Shown: positions 20,717 through 31,322, counted from the first letter of the stretch. The stretch is DNA of 64,000 nucleotides from Candidatus Nealsonbacteria bacterium DGGOD1a (GCA_022530585.1 CP092821.1:1025509-1089508), one strand, 5' to 3'. Numbers and translations: made by a program. The notes: generated from the letters alone by a model not told the origin.

Positions 20717-20745
20717 AAAAACGGCCTTAACCCAAGGCCGTTTTT
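20717..20745. terminator. Bidirectional terminator
   Basis: AAAAACGGCCTT-aaccc-AAGGCCGTTTTT between convergent genes. Confidence 0.75.
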
Positions 20746-20755
20746 AAATATCCAA

Positions 20756-20980
20756 CTATTGCTGTTGCCTTGCCAATTTGGGCGCGACAATCGCCAGGTA
20801 AATGGCGGACAATCCAACCAGATCGTAAACGATTTTGGCAACAATCGGCGCCGCGCCGAATAATTGCGCCACCAAATCATAATCAAAAAGGCCGAATAAT
20901 CCCCAATTCAAACCTCCCGCGATCACCAAAACAAGAGCCGCAATGTCGAGCCAATTAAGTTTCATAAATTTAAAAAACAT
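20756..20980 (-). CDS. DUF378 small membrane protein
   Basis: LVIAGGLNWGLFGLFDYDLVAQLFG. Confidence 0.85.
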   Translation of the reverse strand: MFFKFMKLNWLDIAALVLVIAGGLNWGLFGLFDYDLVAQLFGAAPIVAKIVYDLVGLSAIYLAIVAPKLARQQQ

Positions 20981-21010
20981 TAATGAATTTAATAATACCC
21001 GACCTTTCGA

Positions 21011-21667
21011 TTATTGTAATATATTCTTGATTTCTGACAATGATTTGATTTTTTTCCATGCGATTTTTTCCAATTCCCGATCATAAGGATAAATCGCGAT
21101 TCCATGCCCGGTGAGCTTAAAAGCTTCAATGTCGTTTCGGCTGTCACCGACAAAAATTACTTGCCGGTCCGGCACATCCAGCTTCCGCGAAAGTTCTTTT
21201 ATTTGTCTGGCTTTCGTCGGCCCTTGTTCGCGGCCGTAATTGATTTTCGCGAGCGCTCCGCTATTGTCAAAATCGAATGACGCATGGCCAAAAAAACCAT
21301 CCGCTTCCACCTTTTGCGCGACAATATCCAGATAAAGATCGATGCTTCCTGAAATCAAATACACTCCATAGCCCGACTGCTTGAGATAATCAACCGTTTC
21401 TTTTGCGTCATCCCTTAAAGAGATTTTATTGAAAATATCTTGAATATTTTGTTTGGAAGCTTTGCCGCTCTCAAAATACATTTTTTCAAGACAATCGACG
21501 CCTTCCTCAAACGGCATCGAACCATTTTCGGTTTTTTCATATATTTCAACCACCTTTTCAACCGGGCAACCCAAATTACCGGTAAGAAACGCCCACGAAG
21601 ATTTGTTTTCGGTCAATGTTCCGTCAACATCAAAACAAATCAGTTTTTTATTAGACATATTATTCAA
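21011..21667 (-). CDS. HAD-IB phosphatase (phosphoserine-phosphatase-like)
   Basis: FDVDGTL, LISGS, K, VGDSRND. Confidence 0.85.
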   Translation of the reverse strand: MNNMSNKKLICFDVDGTLTENKSSWAFLTGNLGCPVEKVVEIYEKTENGSMPFEEGVDCLEKMYFESGKASKQNIQDIFNKISLRDDAKETVDYLKQSGYGVYLISGSIDLYLDIVAQKVEADGFFGHASFDFDNSGALAKINYGREQGPTKARQIKELSRKLDVPDRQVIFVGDSRNDIEAFKLTGHGIAIYPYDRELEKIAWKKIKSLSEIKNILQ

Positions 21668-22739
21668 AATATTTTAAAATTTCCGCGCAAGAATCGGACC
21701 GCGCCGCTCCCTGTCCGGCGCGCGGCATAATCAATATCTTTTCAACCGCCGCGACGATTTCATCCGGCGCAAGCGCCAACACGCCATAGCCGTATTTGGC
21801 AATAAACTCCGCGTTGCGTTCTTCCTGGCCCGGAATCGGATCGGTCATAATTATCTTCCTGCCAAGCACCAGACACTCCGAAATCACCAATCCCCCGGGC
21901 TTGCTGATCACCGCGTCGGCAATTTTCATATATTCGTCGATGCGGTTGGTCCAATTAACCAATTTAAAATTTTTTCGCGGCGGGATTTCATTTTTGATTT
22001 TTTTATAAAGATCATTATTGCCGCCGCAAACCATTACCAAATTTATTTTTTCTTCGCGTTCCAGCAACCCTTTGATAACCGGAATTACGAAATCCTTTGA
22101 CAAGCGGCTGATGAATGTCACCGTTTTAAAACCATTGCCAAACCCAAGCTTGCGTTTCAAGCCGCTTTGATCGTAGCGGCCGTAAAATTTCTGGCCGACG
22201 GGTATGCCGGTAACGGCAATTTTTTGTTCGTCCACGCCCACCCGGATCAAATCGTTCTTAACTTCGGGAATCGCCACGAAATACCGGTCGATCAGCGGCA
22301 CATTATAATAAGAGTGGCCATGGTAATCGGTGACCACAACCGCCATCGGTATTTGAGGATAAATTTCGCGGCACACCGGCGCCACCATGGGCGCGGGGAT
22401 GACATTGGTGAAAATAACTCCGTCCACGGCTTGCCTTCTTAAATAACGGCCAATGCGGCGCCGGAACAATCTCTGGAATCCGTTCGCTTTGCGAAACGCC
22501 GAAGAAACCATCTCTTTGTCGAATGTTTCATAAACCGCGCCCCAAATCGTTGGCAAACGGTCGTTGGTAATGTCATAAAAAATTTCGAAAAATTTGCCGA
22601 GTCCCGGTTCGATCTCGCAAAGGTCGACATGCCTGATCTTAAAATCCGGCAAATTATTTTTGGCATAGTCTTTCAACGCCTCCGCGGCTTTAATATGGCC
22701 CCACCCGGTTTTCATTGAGATCGCCAAAATCTTTTTCAT
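21660..22739 (-). CDS. Diacylglycerol glycosyltransferase (MGDG synthase/UgtP-like)
   Basis: GWGHIKAA, VVTDY, VTGIPV, ISKPGGL, PIPGQEERNA. Confidence 0.85.
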   Translation of the reverse strand: MKKILAISMKTGWGHIKAAEALKDYAKNNLPDFKIRHVDLCEIEPGLGKFFEIFYDITNDRLPTIWGAVYETFDKEMVSSAFRKANGFQRLFRRRIGRYLRRQAVDGVIFTNVIPAPMVAPVCREIYPQIPMAVVVTDYHGHSYYNVPLIDRYFVAIPEVKNDLIRVGVDEQKIAVTGIPVGQKFYGRYDQSGLKRKLGFGNGFKTVTFISRLSKDFVIPVIKGLLEREEKINLVMVCGGNNDLYKKIKNEIPPRKNFKLVNWTNRIDEYMKIADAVISKPGGLVISECLVLGRKIIMTDPIPGQEERNAEFIAKYGYGVLALAPDEIVAAVEKILIMPRAGQGAARSDSCAEILKYFE

Positions 22740-22912
22740 ATTCTTCTAAAAAATAACGGCGTTATTGTTTTTGTAATGATTCGCAAATTTTAAAAAATCT
22801 TGCGACCTTCCCCGCCACAAACAATCAGTTTTCCGCAACAACTAACCTTTTACACAAGATTTTTTAAAATTTGCGTGAGCCCCATTACAAAAACAATAAC
22901 GCCGCGCCCGCG

Positions 22913-23245
22913 TCACCCATGTCGGTCGATTTTCTCCCTTTCTTCCAAATACAACATCAAATCGGCATCCTCTTTTTGATCAATTCCATTCACGGAAAAT
23001 TTCACCGGACGGTTGAATATCTTGCGCTTGGTTTCTTTGACGCGGTTTACCACTTCCTTGTTGAGCAAGTGTTCCACATCTTCATCTTTCCAAGTCTCGG
23101 CCAGCAACTGCCGCCGCACATATTCAAACGACATCGTCCAAAATAACTTGGTCTTGGCGGCGCGATTATCCGCGATAAAATAAACCCTCCCCCAGTAAAG
23201 CCGGTTTTTTATATCCGTCTTGAATTTTTCCTTAATTATTTTCAT
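22913..23245 (-). CDS. Hypothetical protein
   Basis: 110-aa ORF with an ATG start. Confidence 0.55.
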   Translation of the reverse strand: MKIIKEKFKTDIKNRLYWGRVYFIADNRAAKTKLFWTMSFEYVRRQLLAETWKDEDVEHLLNKEVVNRVKETKRKIFNRPVKFSVNGIDQKEDADLMLYLEEREKIDRHG

Positions 23246-23386
23246 CTTAATTCCGCCGCGATTAGTAATACACTGCTAATTAAATTACCCCTCTATTTTA
23301 TTCTTCCCCTTCTCCACCGCCGCGAAATAATTCTTCCGATCTAAAATTAAAAGTAAAAATACAACAAATACCAATACTAACGGCCA

Positions 23387-23519
23387 AATCAAAAATATAT
23401 TTTCCAAATGTATTTCGTCGAGCGGGGTATGAACCCCGCACGACGACCAAAGGGGGCACCCCTTTGGAATCCTCTTGGTGCACCCCGGGGCAAAGCCCCG
23501 AGGTATTGCACTCAATAAA
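23387..23519. repeat. Structured repeat (copy 2)
   Basis: 133 bp identical to 5881-6013. Confidence 0.85.
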
Positions 23520-23607
23520 TATTATTATTTAATTTTCTATGATGCAATTTTTGTTTTAACGGGAATTTGGATTTTGTATGATGTCTTATCCATTGAATAT
23601 TTTTAAA

Positions 23608-23898
23608 TTATTTTGCGCCCATTTCCTCCTTAATCTTATCCGCAAGAATCATTTTAACCAAAGATTGATATGGCACATCCCGCTTATTGGCGATTTCTTT
23701 TAATTTAACAATCATATTTTCCGGCAAACGAATGGAAATTGCGCGAGTGGAAAATTTCAAATTGGAAAATTGGGCATCGGTTTTTGCCGCGCTCCAATCA
23801 ATATAATCGCCACTGTCGTTTTTAGCCCAAAACTCCCGCTCTTCATCTTGGGATTTAAATTTCGGGATAACTTTAAGTTTTTTATTTTTACCGTTCAT
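23608..23898 (-). CDS. BrnA/CopG-type antitoxin
   Basis: IPKFKSQDEEREFW, ISIRLP, VPYQSLVKMIL. Confidence 0.85.
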   Translation of the reverse strand: MNGKNKKLKVIPKFKSQDEEREFWAKNDSGDYIDWSAAKTDAQFSNLKFSTRAISIRLPENMIVKLKEIANKRDVPYQSLVKMILADKIKEEMGAK

Positions 23899-24110
23899 AT
23901 TGTTTCAAGTAAATGTCCCTTTCGTTTTTGTTCATCGAGCGGGACGATATAACGCGTATTTTAAAATTTCTAATCGTAAACACTTCAAATAAAAATCTGC
24001 TTTCGTTGGTACGGCCAAGGGCGTAAAAACGCTTTTCGCCATCCAACGAATGTTTGTCGTCCGATTGGATCAAAAGCGGCCGATTGGCAAATATCTCCTC
24101 GCATTCCCAA

Positions 24111-25573
24111 TGTCAAATGATAATAGAAATGTCATACCCTGAATTTTTTTAGAAATGTCATACTTGGAAAAATTTTTAGAAAATTTCGCTTTCAAGAAAA
24201 TACCTTTTCGTATTCTTCCAGCTTGGCAAACTTTCCGCGCCAGGGATGGTTCGGCGCCGGAGTGCGCGCCTTGCTCGCCGCAATAGCCACCGGCAGCGGC
24301 TCAGCCGCCTTTTGCGGCTTGGCCGGCAAAAGCTTGAAATTCAAGTATTTGCCGCGCAATCTGATCGCCAGCGATCCGTCAAGCCGTTCTTCAACCAGCG
24401 CTTTTTCTTGCCGCCGGATTGTTAATGGCTGTTCTTTGCTTAATTGATACCAATGATTTTTGAATTGAATGGTAAAGTCATTTTTCACTTGCCGGGTTGA
24501 CTGGACCGAGAATATCGCGTCCAAATTCGATAATTCCTTGTCGGTCAGTTTGCGATGCAGATCGGTCTTGATTTTGGGAGCGACGGCGAATCTTTTGCCG
24601 TAGTCGCCGGCCCAGAATTCTTCCAAAAACTCATTGGCTTCTTCAACAGTGGAAATGTTTTGCAAGCGCAATTCCTTTACCAGCCGGTCTTGGAAGGTGC
24701 CGAAAGGATTCTCCACCCGGCCTTTGGCTTGCGGACTGTGGGCGGTGATCAGGGCAATATCCAATTCTTTGCAAGCCCTTTGAAATTGCGTTAACAGCTC
24801 ATGATTGTCTTTGGCGTTCTTGTGGTTGATTTTGTAAGTGCTGAATTTGTCCAAGTAGATGGCAATCGGCTTGCCGTATTTTTGAATGTATTCCTTCCAG
24901 TAGGCAAAGACATCTTGAATGCCTTCGCTTGTGCCGAGTTTGAGCTTGACCGGCTTGCCGGTGGCATCGTCAATGCCGGAGAGCAGGCAAAATTCCCCGC
25001 CGCGACCTTCAAACCAGAAATGGTAGCAACCGTCAAACTGGATCATCTCGCCGAAACTGTCCTTGCGTTCCCTTTGGGAGCGATATTGTTTGTTGCGCTT
25101 TCGTTTTTTGGGAATCCAGATTTTTTCTTTGATCATCAAGTTTCGCGTGGCGGCCGGGCCGATATCCAGACGATGGATTTCCACCAGCTTTTCATGGGCG
25201 AATACGGGACCGAAATCAGGGTAATTTGTTTCAATTATATCTTTGGCTTCTTGATACAATGCCGGATCGGTTTTGTGGTTGCTTTCCCTGCCTCTTAATT
25301 TGTGAATGATGCCTTTGGCGCCATTGGCGATTGTTCTTGCCTTCAAACGCTTTACCTGCCTTACCGACAGAGATAATTGCTTGGCCGCGTCCGTGCCGTT
25401 GATCAATTTGGCAATCAAATTCTTGATCACTTGATACTTGGCTAAATCTTTTTGCGTCATACCAATAATTTCTTTTTCCATGGTTGATGGGATTAATTTA
25501 TTAATCCCATCATACCGCGAGGTATGACATTTCTATTATCACCGTACTATGACATTACTATTATTAAATGACA
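24111..25573 (-). mobile_element. IS1202-family (ISNCY) insertion sequence
   Basis: TGTCA...TGACA ends, repeated TAGAAATGTCATAC subterminal motifs, 15-bp duplication TCCTCGCATTCCCAA at 24096-24110 and 25574-25588. Confidence 0.9.
24192..25481 (-). CDS. IS1202/ISNCY-family DDE transposase
   Basis: QFDGCYHFWFE, IDDATG, YLDK, SPQAKGRVE, PNHPWR. Confidence 0.92.
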   Translation of the reverse strand: MEKEIIGMTQKDLAKYQVIKNLIAKLINGTDAAKQLSLSVRQVKRLKARTIANGAKGIIHKLRGRESNHKTDPALYQEAKDIIETNYPDFGPVFAHEKLVEIHRLDIGPAATRNLMIKEKIWIPKKRKRNKQYRSQRERKDSFGEMIQFDGCYHFWFEGRGGEFCLLSGIDDATGKPVKLKLGTSEGIQDVFAYWKEYIQKYGKPIAIYLDKFSTYKINHKNAKDNHELLTQFQRACKELDIALITAHSPQAKGRVENPFGTFQDRLVKELRLQNISTVEEANEFLEEFWAGDYGKRFAVAPKIKTDLHRKLTDKELSNLDAIFSVQSTRQVKNDFTIQFKNHWYQLSKEQPLTIRRQEKALVEERLDGSLAIRLRGKYLNFKLLPAKPQKAAEPLPVAIAASKARTPAPNHPWRGKFAKLEEYEKVFS

Positions 25574-25895
25574 TCCTCGCATTCCCAAAACAAAACTTTG
25601 TGTTTTGTCCAATTTTTATCAATATTGCCGCTATCCCAATCAAATCCCTGGATATCGCTAAAATCAAATTCATTCATTGTATATTATGATTATATACAAA
25701 TACAAACTACTTTGTCAAGTCGCCATCCCTAGCTAACAACTTCCATTAGACACATTGCCGGAATCAAACCAATTAAAAAACTCATAAAGGCTGTTTTTGT
25801 TTTAATGGGAATTTTAATTTTGTTTGAGGTTTGGTTCATATTCAGTTTATAGAGGTCGCACCTTGCCGTAATCAGCAAGGTGCGACTTCCCAAAT

Positions 25896-27446
25896 TCACA
25901 GCGGGGTGTTCCCGTGCTTGCGCTGAATCTTCTCTTCGCGCTTGGTTAATAACGATTCCAGCAATTTGGTCAGAATCGAACGGGTATCTTTGGGATTGAT
26001 TACCATATCCACCTGGCCCATTTTCGCCGCTTCGAAAGCGCTGTTCAGCAGTTTCATTTCGTTGATTTTTTCCTGCTCGAATTTGGGCGCGTCATTGCGC
26101 TCCGCCAATTCGCGGCGGTAAATAATTCCCACCGCCTGTTCCGGCCCCATCACCGCGATCTGCGCCCCCGGCCAGGCAAGAACGCAATCGTAACCCAAAG
26201 CGCGGCTGGCCATGGCAATATACGCGCCGCCAAACGCCTTGCGGATAATCACGCTGATCTTGGGCACGCTGGCTTCGGCATAAGCGTACAAAACTTTGGC
26301 GCCATGGCGAATAATCCCGTTGTGTTCTTGATTGGCGCCGGGAAGATATCCGGAAGTATCAACCAAATTGACCAATGCGATGTTAAAGGAGTCGCACAAC
26401 CGCACAAACCGCGCGATTTTGTCCGAAGAATCAATATCCAAAACTCCGGCCATCGTTTTGGGCTGGTTGGCCACCACGCCCGTGACATAACCGCCCAAAC
26501 GGGCCAAACCAACGATCGCGTTAACCGCAAATTCCGGCTGGATCTCAAAAAATGAATTTTTATCGAAGATCTCTTCGATCACCGCTTTCATATCATAGCC
26601 TTTGCCGCCGTCTTCGGGAACAATGTCTAAGAGTTTGGCATTGTCCTCTTTTTCGAACAGCTCCGCCAAAATGCTTTTTGACCGCGGCGCGTCATCCATA
26701 TTGTTCTGCGGCAAATAACCCAGAAGTTTTTTAACGCCGGCAAAACAGTCTTTCTCGCCGGCACAGCGGAATTGGGCGCAACCGCTTTTGGCGCAATGAG
26801 CGTTGGCTCCCCCCAGCGCGTCGAACGATACCTCCTCGCCGGTAACCTTTTTAATCACTTCCGGCCCGGTGATAAACATTTGCGAAATGCCGTCGACCAT
26901 AAAAACAAAATCCGACAATCCCGGCGCGTAGCACGCGCCGCCGGCCGACGGCCCGACGATAACGCTGATTTGCGGCACCACCCCCGAAGCCTTGACCATC
27001 GCGTTGAATATCCCCGCGTAACCGTCCAGACTGGCGATGCCTTCCTGAATCCGCGCGCCGCCCGAATCAATGATACCGATTATCGGACAACCGATCTTGC
27101 GCGCCCGATCAATCACTTTAATAATTTTTTTGCCGTGCATTTCGCCCAACGAACCGCCGCCCACCTTGGTAAAATCCTGGCTGTAAACGCAAACCGGCCG
27201 GTTGTTGATTTTGCCAAAACCGGCGATCACCGCGTCGCCCGCGGCTCTCTTTTTGTCCAACCCAAAACGGGAAAATCTTGTTTCCGCGAACGGATCAAAC
27301 TCCACGAATGTTTCCGGATCAATCAGCGCGGCAATCCTTTCCCGCGCCGCCATCTTCCCTTTTTGATGCTGCTTTTCGATCAATTCGGAGTTTTCCAACC
27401 CCTCCAAGTTTTTGTTTAATTGTTCGATTTCTTTTTCAAAATTCAT
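25896..27446 (-). CDS. pccB: Acyl-CoA carboxylase carboxyltransferase subunit (PccB-type)
   Basis: QDFT..GGSLG, DSGGARIQEG, GPSAGGACY, RKAFGGAY, RKHGNTPL. Confidence 0.9.
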   Translation of the reverse strand: MNFEKEIEQLNKNLEGLENSELIEKQHQKGKMAARERIAALIDPETFVEFDPFAETRFSRFGLDKKRAAGDAVIAGFGKINNRPVCVYSQDFTKVGGGSLGEMHGKKIIKVIDRARKIGCPIIGIIDSGGARIQEGIASLDGYAGIFNAMVKASGVVPQISVIVGPSAGGACYAPGLSDFVFMVDGISQMFITGPEVIKKVTGEEVSFDALGGANAHCAKSGCAQFRCAGEKDCFAGVKKLLGYLPQNNMDDAPRSKSILAELFEKEDNAKLLDIVPEDGGKGYDMKAVIEEIFDKNSFFEIQPEFAVNAIVGLARLGGYVTGVVANQPKTMAGVLDIDSSDKIARFVRLCDSFNIALVNLVDTSGYLPGANQEHNGIIRHGAKVLYAYAEASVPKISVIIRKAFGGAYIAMASRALGYDCVLAWPGAQIAVMGPEQAVGIIYRRELAERNDAPKFEQEKINEMKLLNSAFEAAKMGQVDMVINPKDTRSILTKLLESLLTKREEKIQRKHGNTPL

Positions 27447-27466
27447 TGTAATTAATTAAAATTTTA

Positions 27467-27994
27467 TTAGCTGATCGTTTTAAATATCTGTTGCAACTGG
27501 CTTATACTATGCTCTAAAATTTGATTATTGTCAATGGTCTCGCCCAGTTCGATCTCAAGCGAAGTCGCATTCGCCAATTCCGCCGGAAACGCCCCGATAT
27601 TGGTATTCACGCCAATCCCGATCACCGATGATTTCACTTCGCCCGCGATTATATTTTCCGTCAGAATTCCGCAAATTTTTTTGCCGTTAAGATACACATC
27701 GTTGGGCAGTTTTACGAACGGTTCCACTTCGAATCGGTCTTTGACGGTTTGAGCCACGGCGAACGCCGCCAAAATTGTCAAAATCCGCAAATCGTCAACA
27801 TTGCTCTTGGGCAGAATCACGGAAAAATACAGCCCTCCTTGAGGCGAAAACCAAGCATTGCCTTTCCGGCCATAGCCGTTGTCTTGCTTTTTGGCGACAA
27901 CAATGGTCCACGCCGCCGCCCCCCCAGCCGCCAGTTCCTTGGCCCTGACGCTGGTGGAATCCAGATTATCAAATTTTTTAATATCTAAATCCAT
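27467..27994 (-). CDS. birA: Biotin-protein ligase (catalytic domain only)
   Basis: DSTS, QDNGYGRKGNAWFSP, KLPNDVY, KICGIL, GIGVN. Confidence 0.92.
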   Translation of the reverse strand: MDLDIKKFDNLDSTSVRAKELAAGGAAAWTIVVAKKQDNGYGRKGNAWFSPQGGLYFSVILPKSNVDDLRILTILAAFAVAQTVKDRFEVEPFVKLPNDVYLNGKKICGILTENIIAGEVKSSVIGIGVNTNIGAFPAELANATSLEIELGETIDNNQILEHSISQLQQIFKTIS

Positions 27995-27999
27995 AAAAA

Positions 28000-28386
28000 T
28001 TATGCCAGAACGATAAGAATATCGCCTTCTTTGACTTTTTGATCTTTTGCGACTTTGATTTCTTTGATTTTGCCGCCGGTTTCCGATAAAATTTCATTTT
28101 CCATTTTCATCGCCGAAAGCGTAAGCAGTTTTTGCCCCAATTTTACGATATCGCCCGCGTTAACGGATATTTCCGAAATCGTCCCGGCCAAAACCGCTTT
28201 GACTTCTTTTGACGAAAGGTCTCTTTTGGGCAGGATTGCCTGCGGTACCACCGCCGCCGCCTGAACCGCGTCAAACGATCCGTACGAAAACTCTTTGCCG
28301 TTGACAACAACCTTCATGGCTTGTTCGCCTTGGTCAATGATTTCCACATCATAATCCTTGCCTTGATTGTTGAATTTGAATTTCAT
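28000..28386 (-). CDS. Biotin carboxyl carrier protein
   Basis: AMKMENEI biotinylation motif. Confidence 0.92.
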   Translation of the reverse strand: MKFKFNNQGKDYDVEIIDQGEQAMKVVVNGKEFSYGSFDAVQAAAVVPQAILPKRDLSSKEVKAVLAGTISEISVNAGDIVKLGQKLLTLSAMKMENEILSETGGKIKEIKVAKDQKVKEGDILIVLA

Positions 28387-28398
28387 GGTTTTTGGCCC

Positions 28399-29943
28399 TT
28401 ATTCTTCGGGGTTTGCCATCCGCCCGGATAAAACCCATTTTGAAACCGCCGGCTCATCGCCCAAAGATCCATTGAAATTTTTTATTTCCCGATATATCGC
28501 GCGCGCGATATCGGCAATCGCCTGTTCTTCGATCTCCTTGCGTCCGCAAACGACTTTTTTCTGCAAATACGGCTTGAGCATCAAATCCTGGACAATGCCG
28601 CTTTTCTCAATGAAATTAGTGTAAAAATTACCGCTGATGAAATCATCTTTTTCCAACAATAATTTGAAAAATGGAATCGTGGTGGCAACACCCTCGATAA
28701 CGGTTTCGGAAAGCGCGCGGCGCAACTTGGTGATTGCCGAATCCCGATCCTTTCCGTACGCGATCACCTTTGCCAGCATCGAATCAAAATAGGGATAAAC
28801 CTCCTGGCCGTCCTGCAAGAAACTGTGGACAAAAACCCCCTGGCCTTGCGGAGGGATGTATTTTGAAACCGCGCCCGGCGAAGGAATGAAATTTTTTCGC
28901 GGGTCTTCGGCGTTAACGCGCACCTCGATGGCCCATCCGCTCTGATAAACGCTTTCCTGGCCGAACGACAGCTGTTTGCCTTCGGCGATCCTGATCTGCT
29001 GCTCCACGATATCGATTCCGGTAACCGCCTCGGTAACCGGATGCTCAACCTGAATCCGCGGATTCACTTCCATAAAATAATAATTTTTGTCTTTATCCAG
29101 CAGAAATTCTATCGTGGCCGCGCCGCGATAACTCAAATATTGCGCGATCTTAACCGCCCAAGCGCCCATTTCGGCGCGCAAACGATCGTCAATCGCCGCG
29201 GAAGGCGATTCTTCCACCATTTTCTGGAACCGGCGCTGGATCGAACATTCGCGTTCGCCCAAATGCACCGCCTTGCGGCCGTCGCCCAAAACTTGGAATT
29301 CGATATGTTTGACTTCGGGCAAATATTTTTCCAGAAAAAAATCAATGTCGTCGAAAGCGCCCGCAATCTGCCGCTGGACTCCCAGCGACAGCGTCATCAT
29401 TTCCTCATAATTCATCTGGCCGTTAACCACGCGAATACCCATCCCGCCACCGCCCCGCTGGGCTTTGATGATAAATGGCGGCTTGATGCGGTCGGCCCAT
29501 TTGATCAAATCTTTTTTGCTTTTTATCGATTGGTCGGAGGCCGGAACCGTGGGAATGCCGATTTTTCTGGCGATTTTTTTGGCCTCGATTTTATCCTGCA
29601 AAGTCCGCAAGGTCTTAAAATGCGGCCCGATGAATTTTATCCGGCTGCGATCGCACATCAAAGCGAATTGCCAGTTCTCCGACAAAAAACCATAACCCGG
29701 ATGGATGGCGTCGACTTTGGCCTTTTTGGCGATCGAAATTATTTTTTCTTTATCGAGATACCCCGCCGAACCTTCTTTCTCAAGATAATAAAATTCATCG
29801 GCCAATGATGTTTCCAAAAAATTTTTTTCCTGGCCGGGCATCGGGCACAAAACCACGGTTTTAATGCCCATTTCACGGCATGTCCGCAAAATGCGCAAAG
29901 CGATTTCTCCCCGGTTGGCAATAAGAATTTTTTTAATTTCCAT
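28399..29943 (-). CDS. accC: Biotin carboxylase
   Basis: ILIANRGEIALR, IHPGYGFLSEN, ERECSIQRR, EVNPRIQVEHPVTE. Confidence 0.95.
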   Translation of the reverse strand: MEIKKILIANRGEIALRILRTCREMGIKTVVLCPMPGQEKNFLETSLADEFYYLEKEGSAGYLDKEKIISIAKKAKVDAIHPGYGFLSENWQFALMCDRSRIKFIGPHFKTLRTLQDKIEAKKIARKIGIPTVPASDQSIKSKKDLIKWADRIKPPFIIKAQRGGGGMGIRVVNGQMNYEEMMTLSLGVQRQIAGAFDDIDFFLEKYLPEVKHIEFQVLGDGRKAVHLGERECSIQRRFQKMVEESPSAAIDDRLRAEMGAWAVKIAQYLSYRGAATIEFLLDKDKNYYFMEVNPRIQVEHPVTEAVTGIDIVEQQIRIAEGKQLSFGQESVYQSGWAIEVRVNAEDPRKNFIPSPGAVSKYIPPQGQGVFVHSFLQDGQEVYPYFDSMLAKVIAYGKDRDSAITKLRRALSETVIEGVATTIPFFKLLLEKDDFISGNFYTNFIEKSGIVQDLMLKPYLQKKVVCGRKEIEEQAIADIARAIYREIKNFNGSLGDEPAVSKWVLSGRMANPEE

Positions 29944-30598
29944 TTTCTTTTAACAATTTCCGCACCTCATCTTCAATCCGTCCGGAAACACCGGCGCAAA
30001 GTTTGCGGTATTCGAACGACTCCTTGTCCATTTTTCCCGCGGCCGCGATTTCAGGACCGAAAATCAACGGTTTGCCGATATTTATTCGCGCCGCTTTTCT
30101 GAATTTCAACCGGCCATGGGGCGGCATCAATTCCTGGGTTCCCTCGATGGCCACCGGCAAAACGGGAACGCCGCTGTCCAAATGCAATTTGCCTACGCCT
30201 GATTTGAAATTGCGCATTACTCCGTCATACGCCCTCCCGCCTTCCGGATAGATCACCACGCAATATCCGCGGCCAAGCATTTTTATCGCCGTCGCGACCG
30301 CGTCTTTCTTTGATTGATCGCTTTTGCGGTCGATCGGAATTATCCCGCCGTAAAAATAAATAATGTTGCGCCACAATTTTTTAAAACCCGCGTACTGGTC
30401 GACTTGGGCGATGAAAGTAAATCTGCGCGGCGTGGTGATATAGCCGCTCATAAACCAGTCCATATGGCTCAAATGATTGGAAGCCAAAATAAAGTTGCCC
30501 TTGGGAATATTATTCCCGCCCTTGATGTCTTTGATCAGCAAATTCCTGACCGCTCCCCCAAGCAACATTCGCGATAAAGTTGAAACGAAAGTATTCAT
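29933..30598 (-). CDS. plsC: Lysophospholipid acyltransferase (PlsC-like)
   Basis: NHLSHMD, IDR, YPEGGR, VPVLPV. Confidence 0.9.
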   Translation of the reverse strand: MNTFVSTLSRMLLGGAVRNLLIKDIKGGNNIPKGNFILASNHLSHMDWFMSGYITTPRRFTFIAQVDQYAGFKKLWRNIIYFYGGIIPIDRKSDQSKKDAVATAIKMLGRGYCVVIYPEGGRAYDGVMRNFKSGVGKLHLDSGVPVLPVAIEGTQELMPPHGRLKFRKAARINIGKPLIFGPEIAAAGKMDKESFEYRKLCAGVSGRIEDEVRKLLKENGN

Positions 30599-30665
30599 CG
30601 AAAAAATTTAAAATTAAAATTCCACAAAAAATTTTGCCTTAATTTTACATTTTGATTTTTCAATT

Positions 30666-31322
30666 TTAATCTTTTAACAATTCTCTAACCGCTTCCTCAA
30701 CCTTTTTGGCAACATCAACGCAAAGCCCGTAATAGGCTTGCGATTTCTTGTCCAGCAATTCCGCCGCCTTCCTTTCTTTGGCAAAATCAAGAGGTTTGCC
30801 GATTTTTATTTTTACGATTCTTTTCGCCCTGAATTTCTCCCCCGGCGCCATCAACTCATAAGTGCCAAAATGCGCCACCGGCAAAACGGGAACGCCGCTC
30901 TCCAGATGAAACCGGCCCACGCCCGGCTTGAATTCGTGCAATTTGCCGTCGCGCGACCGCGTGCCTTCCGGATAAACTACCAAGCAATAACCTCTTTTAA
31001 GTATTGTTTGCGCGGCCATCGCGGCTCTCTTTTTTGATTCGTGATCGTTGCGGTCAACCGGAATCACCTGGACCCACCAATAAATCAAGTCGCGCAAAAA
31101 TCCTTTGATCCCGGTCATTTTATCCACTTGACCGATAAAAGTGAATCGCCGCGGCGTCAGAATCGCGCCGTCAATCAGCCAATCAATATGGCTCAAATGG
31201 TTGGCCGCGTAAATAAAATTCCCTTTAGGAAAATTTTCCCGGCCTTCCACTTCCTTGACAAACATCCTTTTAATGCATTGCCCGGGGAAAAGCCACGCGA
31301 TCGTTGAAACCGTCTTTTCCAT
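30666..31322 (-). CDS. plsC: Lysophospholipid acyltransferase (PlsC-like), tandem paralogue
   Basis: NHLSHID, VDR, YPEGTRS. Confidence 0.9.
   Translation of the reverse strand: MEKTVSTIAWLFPGQCIKRMFVKEVEGRENFPKGNFIYAANHLSHIDWLIDGAILTPRRFTFIGQVDKMTGIKGFLRDLIYWWVQVIPVDRNDHESKKRAAMAAQTILKRGYCLVVYPEGTRSRDGKLHEFKPGVGRFHLESGVPVLPVAHFGTYELMAPGEKFRAKRIVKIKIGKPLDFAKERKAAELLDKKSQAYYGLCVDVAKKVEEAVRELLKD

Larger units (their letters stand above)
23888..25677 (-). pseudogene. BrnT (DUF497) toxin interrupted by an IS1202-family element
   Basis: Removing the IS and one target duplication restores MNEFDFSDIQGFDWDSGNIDKNWTKHKVLFWECEEIFANRPLLIQSDDKHS...RVISSRSMNKNER. Confidence 0.88.
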
